A DNA stretch of 64,000 bases from Azolla caroliniana (lineage: Eukaryota > Plantae > Polypodiophyta), in NCBI GenBank assembly GCA_043228905.1, contig JBHGNT010000007.1, positions 18,166,001 through 18,230,000 of the forward strand, in the 5' to 3' direction. Below are positions 1 to 11,399 of the stretch, piece by piece (within the stretch, counting starts at the first letter, position 1; each line of letters opens with the position of its first letter). The position numbers were made by a program, and so were the translations under genes. Below the pieces are notes generated by a model that was not told the DNA's origin, ran no database searches, and worked only from the letters and a program-made list of their open reading frames with translations.

Positions 1-2
1 AT

Positions 3-98
3 CCTCATAGTCATAATAGTCCTAATAGTACTAATAGTCCGAATCTCGCAAACAAATTTGATGTCCTTAGCCAATTAGAAGAAGAGTTAAACGACTAA
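3..98 (+). CDS. gag: Probable 3' end of gag (partial)
   Basis: Open frame PHSHNSPNSTNSPNLANKFDVLSQLEEELND* from the window edge to TAA at 96-98, overlapping the pol frame, which is -1 relative to it. Confidence 0.6.
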   Translation, partial: PHSHNSPNSTNSPNLANKFDVLSQLEEELND

Positions 99-3000
99 GT
101 CCAGCCAAAATAGGAGCCGTTTGGTTGGACAGCCCTAGATCTGTGCAGCCCATTAGTGGTTCCATTCCCTCTAAGCAAGTTAGTGATGTGTTCGTAGCCC
201 AAGTAGCAGTTAGTACTAAAAGTACCCCTCCAGTACATACCTTAGCCCTTCTAGATTCCGGAGCTAATTCTTGCTTCATGGATAGGAATTTTGCCCGAGC
301 TCATCAGATATCTCTCAGAAAGCTCCCATGTCCAGCCTCAGTAGTAGTCATTGATGGTCGTCCCATTGCTTCTGGTAATATCATAGAAGAGTCGGAACCC
401 GTTAATATTGTCCTAGATAACTTAACATGTGTAGTATCATTTAATATTATTAGTATTCCAGAACATCCCATAGTTTTAGGATTACCATGGTTCGAGTTAC
501 ATGACCCAGACATAGATTGGAGGACAAGGGAAATCCGGTTGCGACAAACCCAAGGATCTACCCAGAAGGTTGCAACCATTTCGCTACGTCAGTTGCGTGA
601 GGAAGGGCGCAAGGAGGAAATGTTTCTCTTTGCAATATCAGTACAACCCTCCAGCACCACCAAAGAGGAGTTCACCGTTCAACTTCCCGAGAAGTATCGT
701 CAGTATGCTGATGTGTTCGATAAAGTACAAGCCAACACACTTCCTCATCATCGGCCGTACGACTGTGCCATCGACTTACAACCGGGAAAAGAGCCGCCAT
801 GGGGGCCGATCTACAATTTGTCACCAACCGAGCTAGAAGTCCTTCGAGCCTATATAGAAGAGAATTTGGAGAACGGTTTCATTCGGCATTCGAAATCTCC
901 AGCCGGCGCACCCATTTTCTTCGTCAAGAAAAAAGATGGCTCGCTTCGACTCGTTGTAGATTACCGTGGCTTGAATAAGGTCACAGTAAGAAATAGGTAT
1001 GCTCTTCCCCTTATCTCAAGTCTTTTAGAACGGATCAACGGTGCCAGGTTCTTCACGAAGATCGACTTACGAGGAGCCTATAACCTCGTACGGATCCGAC
1101 CAGGAGATGAATGGAAGACCGCGTTTCGCACCAGATATGGGCACTTCGAGTATACGGTCATGCCGTTCGGACTCACTAATGCGCCGGCAGTCTTCCAGCA
1201 CATGGCGAATGATATATTTCGAGATCTCTTGGATGATTTTTTGATCATCTATTTGGATGATCTACTGGTTTATTCAAAGACCCAAGAAGAACATGATTCT
1301 CATGTACTATTAGTACTAAAACGACTTCGAGAACATGGTCTGTATGCAAAGTTAGAGAAATGTAGTTTCGGGTGCAACCAAGTGGAGTTTCTCGGCTATG
1401 TCATCTCCTCAGAAGGCATATCTATGGACCCAGCCAAGGTCAAAACGGTGATAGAATGGCACACTCCGCGTTCGGTGCGGGATGTGCAATGCTTCCTAGG
1501 CTTTGCAAATTTCTACCGGAAGTTCATACAAAATTACTCAAAAATTGTGCTGCCGCTCACACAGCTCACCAGGAAGGGACAATCATTCATTTGGTCTAAA
1601 GAGACGGACATGGCTTTCGAGAGTCTTAAGAAGGCGTTTACATCAGCTCCAATTTTAGGTCATGTGGATCCGGAAAAACCATTCATTATCGAAGCTGATG
1701 CATCGGATTTCGCATTGGGGAGCATTCTGTCACAACAGGGTAACGACGAGAAGCTACATCCTGTGGCTTTCCACTCCCGTAAGTTTGACGCCGCCGAAAT
1801 CAACTACGAAATTCATGATAAAGAGCTATTAGCAATAGTTGATTCTTTTATGCAATGGAGGCATTTCCTGGAGGGATCTCCTCATCAGGTCACTGTATTC
1901 AGTGACCACAAGAACCTTGCCTACTTTCAAGATGCTCGTGTACTGAATCGACGTCAAGCTCGGTGGGCCCACTTCCTCACACGCTTCGACTTCAAAATTA
2001 CATATCGTCCGGGGAAGCACCAAGGGAAGGCAGATGCATTATCACGGCGTTCGTATCTAACACCACGTCCCGGTGAGCCAGCTTTCGATAACCAGAAGCA
2101 AGTAATCTTGGGTCCAGCACGACTGCAAGCAGCACAGGTCTTTGACATGCCCGTGGATTCCGACATTACCAATACTATACGTGAGGACTTGAAGACTGAC
2201 GCTTTCGCCCAAGCTATACTAGCACAAATTGACCCCTCTCGAGCGTCATGTTCACAATCACAATCACCAGGTACGGATTATCGGCAATTCAAATACTGTG
2301 ATGGATTACTCTTCTTTAAAGAACTTTTGTATGTTCCTAATGGTTCTTGCCGCCTTCGAGTAGTACAAAACTGCCATGACACATATACAGCAGGACATTT
2401 TGGTAGTACTAAAACATTAGATTTAGTACAACGATCATTCTGGTGGCCCCGTATGCGACAATTTGTCGAAGATTTTGTTCGGACTTGCGATACATGCTGC
2501 AGAGCGAAAATGCCAAGACATCATCCATATGGTTTATTAGAACCATTACCAATTCCAAGCAAGCCATGGCAATCCATTGCTCTTGACTTCATTACAGATC
2601 TTCCAGTCTCTAAGGGATTCAGTGCGATTCTCACAGTGGTGGATCGATATACGAAGATGGCTCATTTCTTACCATGTACTAAAGAAATATCTAGTGAAGA
2701 CACCGCCGAAATTGTCATGCGGGAAGTATGTCGGCATCATGGACTCCCTGATAATATCATTAGCGATCGTGGACCCCAGTTTGTGTCAAAATTCTGGAAG
2801 CACCTTTTTAAAATGTTGAAGGTCACTTGTAACCTCTCCTCCGGCTACCACCCACAAACCGACGGTCAAGCTGAACGAACAAATCAAACACTGGAGCAGT
2901 ATCTGCGGTGCTTTCTCAACTATCATCAGAATGACTGGGCAGATATTCTTCAGTTCGCCGAATTTGCCTATAATAACGCTATCCACGCATCGACTAAAGT

Positions 3001-3682
3001 CACGCCATTCTACGCTTATACGGGATATCATCCCCGGTGGTGTGTCCTTGAAACCCCAGAAGTGTCCACAAATCCTTGCGCGGAGGATCGTTTGGAGCGG
3101 TTACGCAAGATACAAGCGGATTTATCTACTCAACTCCAGCAAGCTCAACAATCACACAAGGACTACGCAGATCGTCATCGACTTCCATCCAGTTTTAACA
3201 TTGGAGATCGGGTGTGGCTGCTACGACGACACATCAAGACTACTCGCCCATGTGAGAAGTTGGATTATCGGCGATTAGGTCCTTTCCGTATTATCGGGAA
3301 GATTAATGATGTCGCTTTTCGTCTCGAGCTACCTCCGCAACTTCGGATACACCCGGTGATTCATAGTTCTCTCCTCGAACCCTATCACGAGAGCACTATC
3401 CCAGGACGTACTATACAACCTCCACCTCCTATCGAGCTCGAAGATGGACCTGAGTATGAGGTCGCTGCCATCCTCGATTCCAAGATTGTTCGCAACAAGC
3501 TCTACTATCTAGTCGATTGGCTAGGATATAGTCCCAGCGAGCGTACTTGGGAACCGATCGAGAATGTGACCAATGCTCGTGCTCTTCTAGAAGACTTCCA
3601 TCGACGATATCCCGAGAAACCGGGTCCTCAATCCAAAACGACTCGTGAAACTCGTCGTTTTAAAGGGGGGATAGTGTCATAA
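71..3682 (+). CDS. pol: Gypsy Pol polyprotein (aspartic protease, RT, RNase H, integrase, chromodomain)
   Basis: Motifs LLDSGA; MPFGL and YLDD; DASD and KELLAI; HHCC zinc finger; DF..D and SDRG..QAER integrase core; GPF; YEVAAILD..YLVDWLGY..TWEP chromodomain. The frame is open from 71 after TAG at 68-70; the ORF track start at 125 is a TTG. Confidence 0.97.
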   Translation, partial: PIRRRVKRLSPAKIGAVWLDSPRSVQPISGSIPSKQVSDVFVAQVAVSTKSTPPVHTLALLDSGANSCFMDRNFARAHQISLRKLPCPASVVVIDGRPIASGNIIEESEPVNIVLDNLTCVVSFNIISIPEHPIVLGLPWFELHDPDIDWRTREIRLRQTQGSTQKVATISLRQLREEGRKEEMFLFAISVQPSSTTKEEFTVQLPEKYRQYADVFDKVQANTLPHHRPYDCAIDLQPGKEPPWGPIYNLSPTELEVLRAYIEENLENGFIRHSKSPAGAPIFFVKKKDGSLRLVVDYRGLNKVTVRNRYALPLISSLLERINGARFFTKIDLRGAYNLVRIRPGDEWKTAFRTRYGHFEYTVMPFGLTNAPAVFQHMANDIFRDLLDDFLIIYLDDLLVYSKTQEEHDSHVLLVLKRLREHGLYAKLEKCSFGCNQVEFLGYVISSEGISMDPAKVKTVIEWHTPRSVRDVQCFLGFANFYRKFIQNYSKIVLPLTQLTRKGQSFIWSKETDMAFESLKKAFTSAPILGHVDPEKPFIIEADASDFALGSILSQQGNDEKLHPVAFHSRKFDAAEINYEIHDKELLAIVDSFMQWRHFLEGSPHQVTVFSDHKNLAYFQDARVLNRRQARWAHFLTRFDFKITYRPGKHQGKADALSRRSYLTPRPGEPAFDNQKQVILGPARLQAAQVFDMPVDSDITNTIREDLKTDAFAQAILAQIDPSRASCSQSQSPGTDYRQFKYCDGLLFFKELLYVPNGSCRLRVVQNCHDTYTAGHFGSTKTLDLVQRSFWWPRMRQFVEDFVRTCDTCCRAKMPRHHPYGLLEPLPIPSKPWQSIALDFITDLPVSKGFSAILTVVDRYTKMAHFLPCTKEISSEDTAEIVMREVCRHHGLPDNIISDRGPQFVSKFWKHLFKMLKVTCNLSSGYHPQTDGQAERTNQTLEQYLRCFLNYHQNDWADILQFAEFAYNNAIHASTKVTPFYAYTGYHPRWCVLETPEVSTNPCAEDRLERLRKIQADLSTQLQQAQQSHKDYADRHRLPSSFNIGDRVWLLRRHIKTTRPCEKLDYRRLGPFRIIGKINDVAFRLELPPQLRIHPVIHSSLLEPYHESTIPGRTIQPPPPIELEDGPEYEVAAILDSKIVRNKLYYLVDWLGYSPSERTWEPIENVTNARALLEDFHRRYPEKPGPQSKTTRETRRFKGGIVS
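86..137 (+). promoter_or_regulatory. -1 programmed ribosomal frameshift signal
   Basis: G_TTA_AAC heptamer at 86-92 in the gag frame, 6-nt spacer, 11-bp stem (99-109 with 120-130), possible second stem. Confidence 0.75.
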
Positions 3683-3964
3683 CTAGACTCGAACCCATAA
3701 CCTTTTGTTACACGGGTCGAGACTTTACCATTAGGTTATGAATTGTAATTTGAAGGATATTATTTTCATTTAGGTTTTATTGGGAAATTGATGTATATTC
3801 CAGATTTCTCTGGAACATTCTAGAAACTTCAGGAGTATTCCTGAAGACACTATAAAAGGAGGCGCAAGGCATTAGTTCGAACCAAATCGGTTCAACGCCA
3901 GTCTTAAGCCTTCTAACTACTGTTGTATATCTTCCGTCATATAATACATATATCTTTCGCATCA

Positions 3965-4016
<52 letters not shown>

Positions 4017-4149
4017 ACTCATTCCTTCTCTCAAAGTTCGACACCTCTCATAGTACTAATCCTTCTCTGTCTTAGTACTATTCCCCAACAATAGTACTAA
4101 TCCTTCTTTTAGTACTAATTCCTTCTCTGCCTTAATAGAGTTCCTGACA
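3675..4149 (+). repeat. 3' LTR (475 bp) of the chromovirus, preceded by PPT
   Basis: PPT aaagggggga at 3662-3671; TGTCA/TGACA termini; TATAAAA near 3851; (CT)n tract. Confidence 0.85.
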
Positions 4150-7100
4150 ATATCAACCATGATAATGATTGGTATTTCATAGTTGTAATATGGCTTCTTA
4201 AGTGTCCATCCATCTTCTAGTGCCCTCTTCAACTTTAGCATAGCTTCACTATGTTTCACCATCCAAACCTTTGTCATATTCTTTTTCTTTTCTTTTTTTT
4301 AAGAGAAATTTCCTCCATTTGTATTAAAAGCAAAATGGCCAGAGGCAATAAACAAAGTAGTCCAATGTTACAAGCAATGTGGTAAAATAGTGTCGAACGA
4401 CCATAACCAAGCTTTATAGGTAAGGATAACGATAAAAATCCTCGTAAAGTACTAGACCAATAAAGAAAATATAAACAAGCCATAACATTCTCCAAATCAG
4501 CAAGATGAAGAAGAATGCAATACGAGTACTCCTATGACTTGAATCGGAAAATCTTCGTTGATGACAACAACATGTAGGGCTTGTTACTGTCGGTGAAATC
4601 CTAAAGAGCACAACAAAAGAACAATGAAAATGAACCTAAAATATGTTGACTTCCCCAAGCAAAGTACAATATCACCCTACCCAAAATGGTATGTAATTTT
4701 GCAGTTTATCTCCACTAATCCATACCCAAAATGATATTCTTACCGATCGATAAATGAATATAACATGTATAGAGTGCAAATTCCATATATCGTTGACCTT
4801 ACTTTCAATAGTGTTTCACATTCTTCATTTAGCTTTTGAAAGACGTTAACTTCATTAAAGGTGGTTTATAACTGTAGGGTCTACATAAGTTTCCATCTTG
4901 TCTTGATCCATCAAGACATAAATTTTCATGGAGATGTCATCTAGTAATAACATTATAGTTCCTTGTTCATTGCATTCATCATATCGAGACCAGTTTTGTT
5001 AATCTTTGTGGTAGAATATGGATGGAAAATATGTGTGGTACTAGGGATTTGAACCACGCAACCTTGTTGTGATGGTTTACTAGCATCAATACAGAGACAG
5101 AATGAATGAGCAAGCGATTATCATTGTTGTTCAATTTGTAAGTGCATGGTGGGCCATCCCTAGAGGAGCCCCATTATGAGACATGATGTTGTGGTGCATA
5201 TCCAAGAACTAAGCGAGAGGAGATATTGTTAGAGTCTCAAAGATATTAGAATTTATTGATTATTAACATTTATAGAGAGTCGAGACTTGTATCTATTGTT
5301 TTTCAAGCTCTATAATATTCATTAATGTCCCTCTAGCTTATCCAACCTAAACCTCATGCCCACTATTAACCTCCCCCACTACAAGTTGCACAAACATGTG
5401 TAGATTAACCCCCTCTTAACTTGAGTGACATTGTCATTAATGTCATGAAATAGTTAAATTCAAATTCAACAATATATCATGATCTTCGTGGATAGTATTT
5501 GTTAGTGTTTTCTATACTCAAAATCTTCTTCCACCAATTAAAAAGTCATTATTAATATACATGTTCCTTAGTTATGATGGCAAACTATGTAAGAAAGTAT
5601 TGCATAAGAAAGAGTATGTCAAACAAACCAACACAAATCTTGTCTAGATTTAGTGCACATTTGATATTTAGTGGTACCTTCATCTTCCAAGTGCCATACT
5701 ATCATTTTGTGTCTACTATATGGGTATGATTCATTTCTTTAAATGAAGTAAGTAATACCTTCAAGCTTCATTACTTATAAACTTTTCCAGATACATAGGA
5801 GAATGAGTGAGGTGCAAGTTTAGTTGGGATGGACGTATGTTAACCACTCTGTTACAAATGGAAAAGGACCATGATCTCATAGGAACAAAACTCATAATAG
5901 TTCCACAACTCATCATAATGTACACTTGGTGTCAATAAATACTTTCAATGTATTGGTTTTTTATCTAACAAGTAAAAGGATGCATCAAATATGGAGAGGA
6001 TGATATACATATGAAGAAGCTTTATGAAACCATAGTGAGTCCTTGTGTAATATATGGTTATTCATTCATATTTTAGAATGATATAGAACTACAACTATTA
6101 AAAAGAACCACATTGGATTCTTCAAACAATGGATGTCATACCATCAAAAGGAAAAGAAAATCTTTGTCTTTCCTAGAGAATCATATAATATCCTAGGAAT
6201 AGAAGTCGTACTAATCTATAATAATATTCAAATATTTTAGTAGGTAGTAGGGTCAATAAAGTACAAGTTTTCTATGATCTTAAAAATACATTGTGTGGCA
6301 AAAGGGAGGAACAAGATTAAAGCACAAACAATGAGAATAATTGATGGACAATTAAATAATTAAAAGCTTGTATATTTTGCAACCCTAACTACCCTTTTGC
6401 TTGGATCTTGTTATCAACTATGTACTAATTGAGAGACGCTTTGAGAAGTATTCTTATTATGTAACTTTAGAGGAATCTAATTTGGATTTGCTGGTAATCT
6501 ACATTGATGTTTATGCATTTGATAAGTGTCACAATAGATGCATAGCAAAGTGACTTGAAAAAAAATGATTGATGAGAATAAAGGGACACCAATGGGCTAG
6601 TTTTGTCCACAATCGTGAGAGATTTCCTTGAGTAAAAAACTTTTCTAAGGGATATTTATGAATGCCGTCACTAATTAAGGAAAATGTACAAAAGGATGTG
6701 GGTCATAATGAGAGACAATTAGATGTTTAGATATTGGAATACGTGCAGATGTTGAATGTGTTTCTAAAACCACATGTGGAGAATATGATTATCTACTATA
6801 GAGAATGAGAGAGAGATAGTCATGTGGTTGGTGTAGGTTGTTGGGTGAAGACAAGGTGCAAACAAGACATACCTCAAGGTCATGTCACACTTGAGGAAGC
6901 AAAGAAAGTGCACACAAGTTGAGTGAGCAACAAACTAACATAATAATTTTAGAAACTAAAATTCTTGAGGGAGGAGCTTATGTGGGTTGAATCATCAACT
7001 TTAAATTATCTTTCTATAATGTAAAAGGTGTGTAAAACAAACAAGCCAACCAATAGGGATAGAAGGCATAAAAGCCAATAAAACTAGAGTTTCAAATAGT

Positions 7101-7300
7101 TTGCAGTGTAATTGTAAAAGGAGATTATCTTGATTGAGAACAACTTTTCCTACTTGCCCTAACCTCGTGAGCGAAGTGGAGGGCAAATCAATCAATAGCC
7201 AAATAGGAACGAAAGATGGATGTGCTAAATATTTTAGAGCACCTTGAACCAAGGATGGCAAAACATATGCAAGGTTCTACCTTCATAGTATGTCTCTTTC
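4150..7300. mobile_element. Highly decayed LTR-retrotransposon relics
   Basis: Minus-strand peptide W..KHSEAMLKLKRAL....LKKP...PIIIMVD resembles the Gypsy RT-RNase H connection and is cut by the LTR at 4149. PPT-like gagggaggag near 6967. Boundaries uncertain. Confidence 0.4.
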
Positions 7301-7717
7301 GATACAAAGAGACAAAAAAATATCACCGTGATGGGAGAAAGAAAATAAGATAAGATTAATGAACACTAACTTGTAGGACGTGTATTATCCTCAAAAATTG
7401 TGATAGGCATCTGAAGGATCCGCTTTAATACGATCATTTGGGTGATTTGCACCATTATCATGCTTCCAAATCTCTGTCCAACCAAAGTTGTAGTTCACAA
7501 GAGAGAGAGAGAGAAGAGCAATAGAGTTTGATTGCCTTCAATATTGGGATTTCTGGTACAATGAAGTATGAGAAATGGGTTTGTCTTGGTCTTTGCAAAA
7601 TACAACAAGAAGTACGTATATTGAAAGGAAATTTGAATTGGTAGTTCTCATCTTTGAGCTCTATATGCCCTTATTCTAAGGGAGTTTGGCTTTATATAAC
7701 CTAGTCTTCAAGTAAGA

Positions 7718-7935
7718 TCAACAAATGTTTTTGTATACTCATGTGGCTTTAGTATGTACACTACGTTTACAACAAACAAGAGAGAGGAGGTAGTTCTATA
7801 GAGGTAACATTGCAAGAGAGGGTTTATGTTGTCATAAGATCCTCACTACTGAAAGTGAGGCCAACAAATGTTTTTTGTAGAATCATGTTGTTTTAATATG
7901 CACACTACGTTTACGACAAACAAGAGAGAAAGAGG
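7718..7935 (+). repeat. Imperfect direct duplication (~140-bp period)
   Basis: caacaaatgttttt...cactacgtttac(a/g)acaaacaagagag occurs twice. Confidence 0.7.
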
Positions 7936-8299
7936 GAGAGGGAGAGGGGGTAATGTAATTTTATAGAGGTAGAACATTGCAAAAGTAACAAATTAGCAAA
8001 TTGAGAGAGGGAGGGAGGAGGTGTGTGTGTGTGTGTGTGTGTGTTTGCAACTTGTGTTGGTGAGAGAGGGGGTTAAAACTACTTGCAAGAGGGCTACAAA
8101 GTAAAGAAAAAAAGGTGGTGTTTAGTATTTGTTCGAAGTGTGTGGGTGGGGTTTGGGGGGGGAAGGCATTTCTATATAAAGGAGTGAAGTTCAAGAGAGT
8201 TGTGTGTAGCAATTGACACTTTTTGTTTTGGGTCGATCAAACACTTCCAATTAATAAATTTTCAACTTGATTCAACCAAATTCATCATCATCATCAATC

Positions 8300-8626
8300 A
8301 TGACAGTGAAGAAAGTAGCGCTAATAAGTCTAGAGGGTGTGGAATTTGTACTAGATAGGAGCATGGCCATGGCTTCACCTTCCCTCAGATATTTAATTCA
8401 AAACAGTGGTAAGACCTAAGTTATAAAAATAAATCAATCATGGCATCAATCAATCAATCTAACTCTAATGTCAAATGTCTATGTGTAATTTGTAGATGAA
8501 GAGGTTTTCCTTGACGAAGAGAAAGTGAGATTGAAAGTTGATGTGACCTCTCCCACTCTAGAGAGACTTTGTCGAAGTCTTTGCCTCCAATACATTGACT
8601 CACACAGTCAAGCCAATCGAGAATAA
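8300..8626 (+). CDS. Elongin C / SKP1-POZ-like small protein, 2 exons (8300-8408, 8496-8626), 79 aa; possibly a pseudogene
   Basis: MTVKKVALISLEGVEFVLDRSMAMASPSLRYLIQNSDEEVFLDEEKVRLKVDVTSPTLERLCRSLCLQYIDSHSQANRE*. An 87-nt GTAAGA...CTAAT...TGTAG intron keeps the frame. TATA (ctatataaag) near 8172. Resembles plant Elongin C VKLISAEGFEFV...ILEKICQYF..LQY as recalled. Confidence 0.7.
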
Positions 8627-11399
8627 TTCATATCATTCATCATATCATCATAAAATCAATATCTTGTCATTGGTTTCATGCCCTTAATAGTATAATACAC
8701 ATTTGTGTGAACCTATATAGTAAAGTCTATCCACACCATTGATTTTACCCCTCATAATTTCAATATCACCAAATCAATACACTAGCCTTTATTAATCAAG
8801 ACCATCAAACCAATGCCCACAAGCCACAATTGGTTTTAGCCCCCACTACTTTGAAGACATTTGCCATTTCTGTATTGTTGCATACTAATCAAGTCAATCC
8901 CACTACATGCATGCACTTTAAAAATGCATTACCCACAATTTCATATCCTTACTTTGATGTAGCATGTTATATACTCTATCCCCCAACAATCCATATATCT
9001 TGACCCCTAATCTAACTATCTTATTGTCCCATATAACTATCTCAAATGATCTAACTACCTTTTTTCACTACCAAATATAACTATAATATACACTTAACCT
9101 CCTCCTTAACCAGAAGACCAAGTTGTCAATCAATGTCGAGCATCAACATTAATTGTGTCAAAGTTTACCAAACATCAAGAAAAGGATTGTGTTTAACAAC
9201 ATTACTAGCAAATCTAACTACATTCAATGAGTCTACTTAGGAAGTTGTGTCATTGATCCACTATAATCTGTACCATCATCATACATATATCAATCTATTT
9301 GGAAACCATCCCCTCATCTCCGGTATCTCTATAGTCATGTTATAGTAACATTAAATCATGCAATTTTCATCTTATATAACAACTCAAAAGACATTGCATA
9401 GTCATCCCCAAATGCCAACCCTAACCCCCAAAATCTTGCACCTAGAGTTGCTAGGGTAGCTCATCTTACACTTACAATATTACTGCTCAATGTTCTACAC
9501 ATCCAAGATGAAGAGAATGGAAGTCCTTGCATAGTGTTTTCAAAGAACCACTACTCTATTATTGACATTGGAGCATGATGAGTAAAACTTCAAGACAAAA
9601 CTAAATGACAATACGACCCCTTCCTCATGAGTATATCTTAATCATAGTAACTAGGGTCAATCATATTTCTTTCGTACTATAGAGGGAATATCAAATAATA
9701 TATATATAGTGTGTTGAAATTACTAGACCTTATTTAAATTATTTGCATAATAGTGAGGACACCTAGTTTCATATAAAAGGGGACATATAAGCCATTTGGT
9801 ATCAAATTCAATATCAATTCGGTATTCATAAACAATAACCGATAAGGCACACCCCTCCAATGGAGCAAATGCATGGTATTTTAGAATAATCTATGAACTT
9901 GAATTTGAAGGGAATGAAAAACCTTGAAATACCCTAGACGTTTTCATTGTTTCCTCAAATGCTTTGAGTTTTCGTTATTTCATTCAGTGCAATGATCGTA
10001 GTTTAGCACAAACAAAAGAAATTCGGAACCATAACAACAATTACGATTGAAATCATGTAAAATTGGAATGTTATGATGGCACAAAGAGGTATGCATATCT
10101 CACAATATAAACTATTGAAGTTGAAGAAAGGCAACATAAGAAGCCATAAGAATAAGTGTAACTCTATTCATATAGCACAACACATCAGTCACACTTTAGT
10201 CATGAGATTACATCTTTGTACGACACATCTAATAAATTTGTTGTGAATCGCCACCCACGAAAAGAAATGAAAAATTGTAGCCACCTTCTCCATCAAAACA
10301 TAAGTTAGTAACTCCACACCAAACCCCAAAAAATGCAATCATCAATGTCTAAAAACATCAAGAATATGATTATTCAACCTAATCAATACTTTGCATGCAT
10401 CTCCTCAAGAGTGGAATAAACATAATTAAAGAAATAAGATTACTTATGAATTAGGTGGTACAAAAGTTTGAGTTCATGTCCATATTAGCATTTTCAAAAA
10501 ATGCAATGCATTTCAAGATCTCTTAATGTAGTGTTCAACGTAGAGCCATAAGACCTAGAAATGTGATATCTATATCTCCTACTTCCACAAGAAGATTTAT
10601 TTCTTTTCGACCATTGGAAAAGCTAACAAGCATGGAAGTGCTTTTCATAATAGAAGAATATTCCACTAGCAAAACATCTATACCCTATATTTTGATAAAT
10701 AGATATCTCACCAAGAATATAATGAATCAAATGGCTAACTCCCCAACATCTTTGAATGCTAGACGTCACCAAAAAAGAGGTTGATCATGGACATTCCTAG
10801 TAACTATGTTAATCCATGAAAATAATCTCTATATTTATTACATTGCATGATGATCTAAAAAACAAGCACATGCATTATACATATTCCAAAGTCATTGAAC
10901 AAAGTTTACATGTAGAAGAGAATATTAGTGCAAATGATATAGATATATAGGCACATTCCACTAGAGACCCAAACAATCTCCAAACAAAATATGTGGATAA
11001 TAGCACTTCACGAAAAAGGCAATAACAAGATAATAAAACATTGAGCCATGAACTTCAAGTGAATGTGTTAGTGGAAGCTCATGCAAAGTAGTTTTTTAAT
11101 TCTTTGTATTTCACACACTAATCTAGTTGTGTTAACATTGTTTGATCAAACTACTAGTAAGAAAGGAACGTGGTTGTAAGGATAAACTCCGATATTTGTT
11201 TTAATAAGAATGGATTTTATGCATATGAATTTTTATTTATATCTGCGTAGACCTATACACCAAAATATAGAACTATTAATATGTGCATTTCTTTTTCTTT
11301 TTTTCCCCCAAAAAAACTCCTTCCATTAGTTATAAAATTTTACAGATTGAGAGTGTTATATAAAAATCCCTATAGGGACGCGATAGTTCCATCTTATGT

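Larger units (their letters stand above)
1..4149 (+). mobile_element. Ty3/Gypsy chromovirus LTR retrotransposon (Tcn1-like), 5' part outside window
   Basis: Gag tail, intact PR-RT-RH-IN-chromodomain ORF, PPT, and LTR bounded by TGTCA...TGACA. Lineage assignment is from motif resemblance only. Confidence 0.93.

Noticed and set aside
8700-11380. Possible DNA-transposase relic (FGDCLG-like peptide near 10960, minus strand)
   Set aside because: Too short and degenerate to support.
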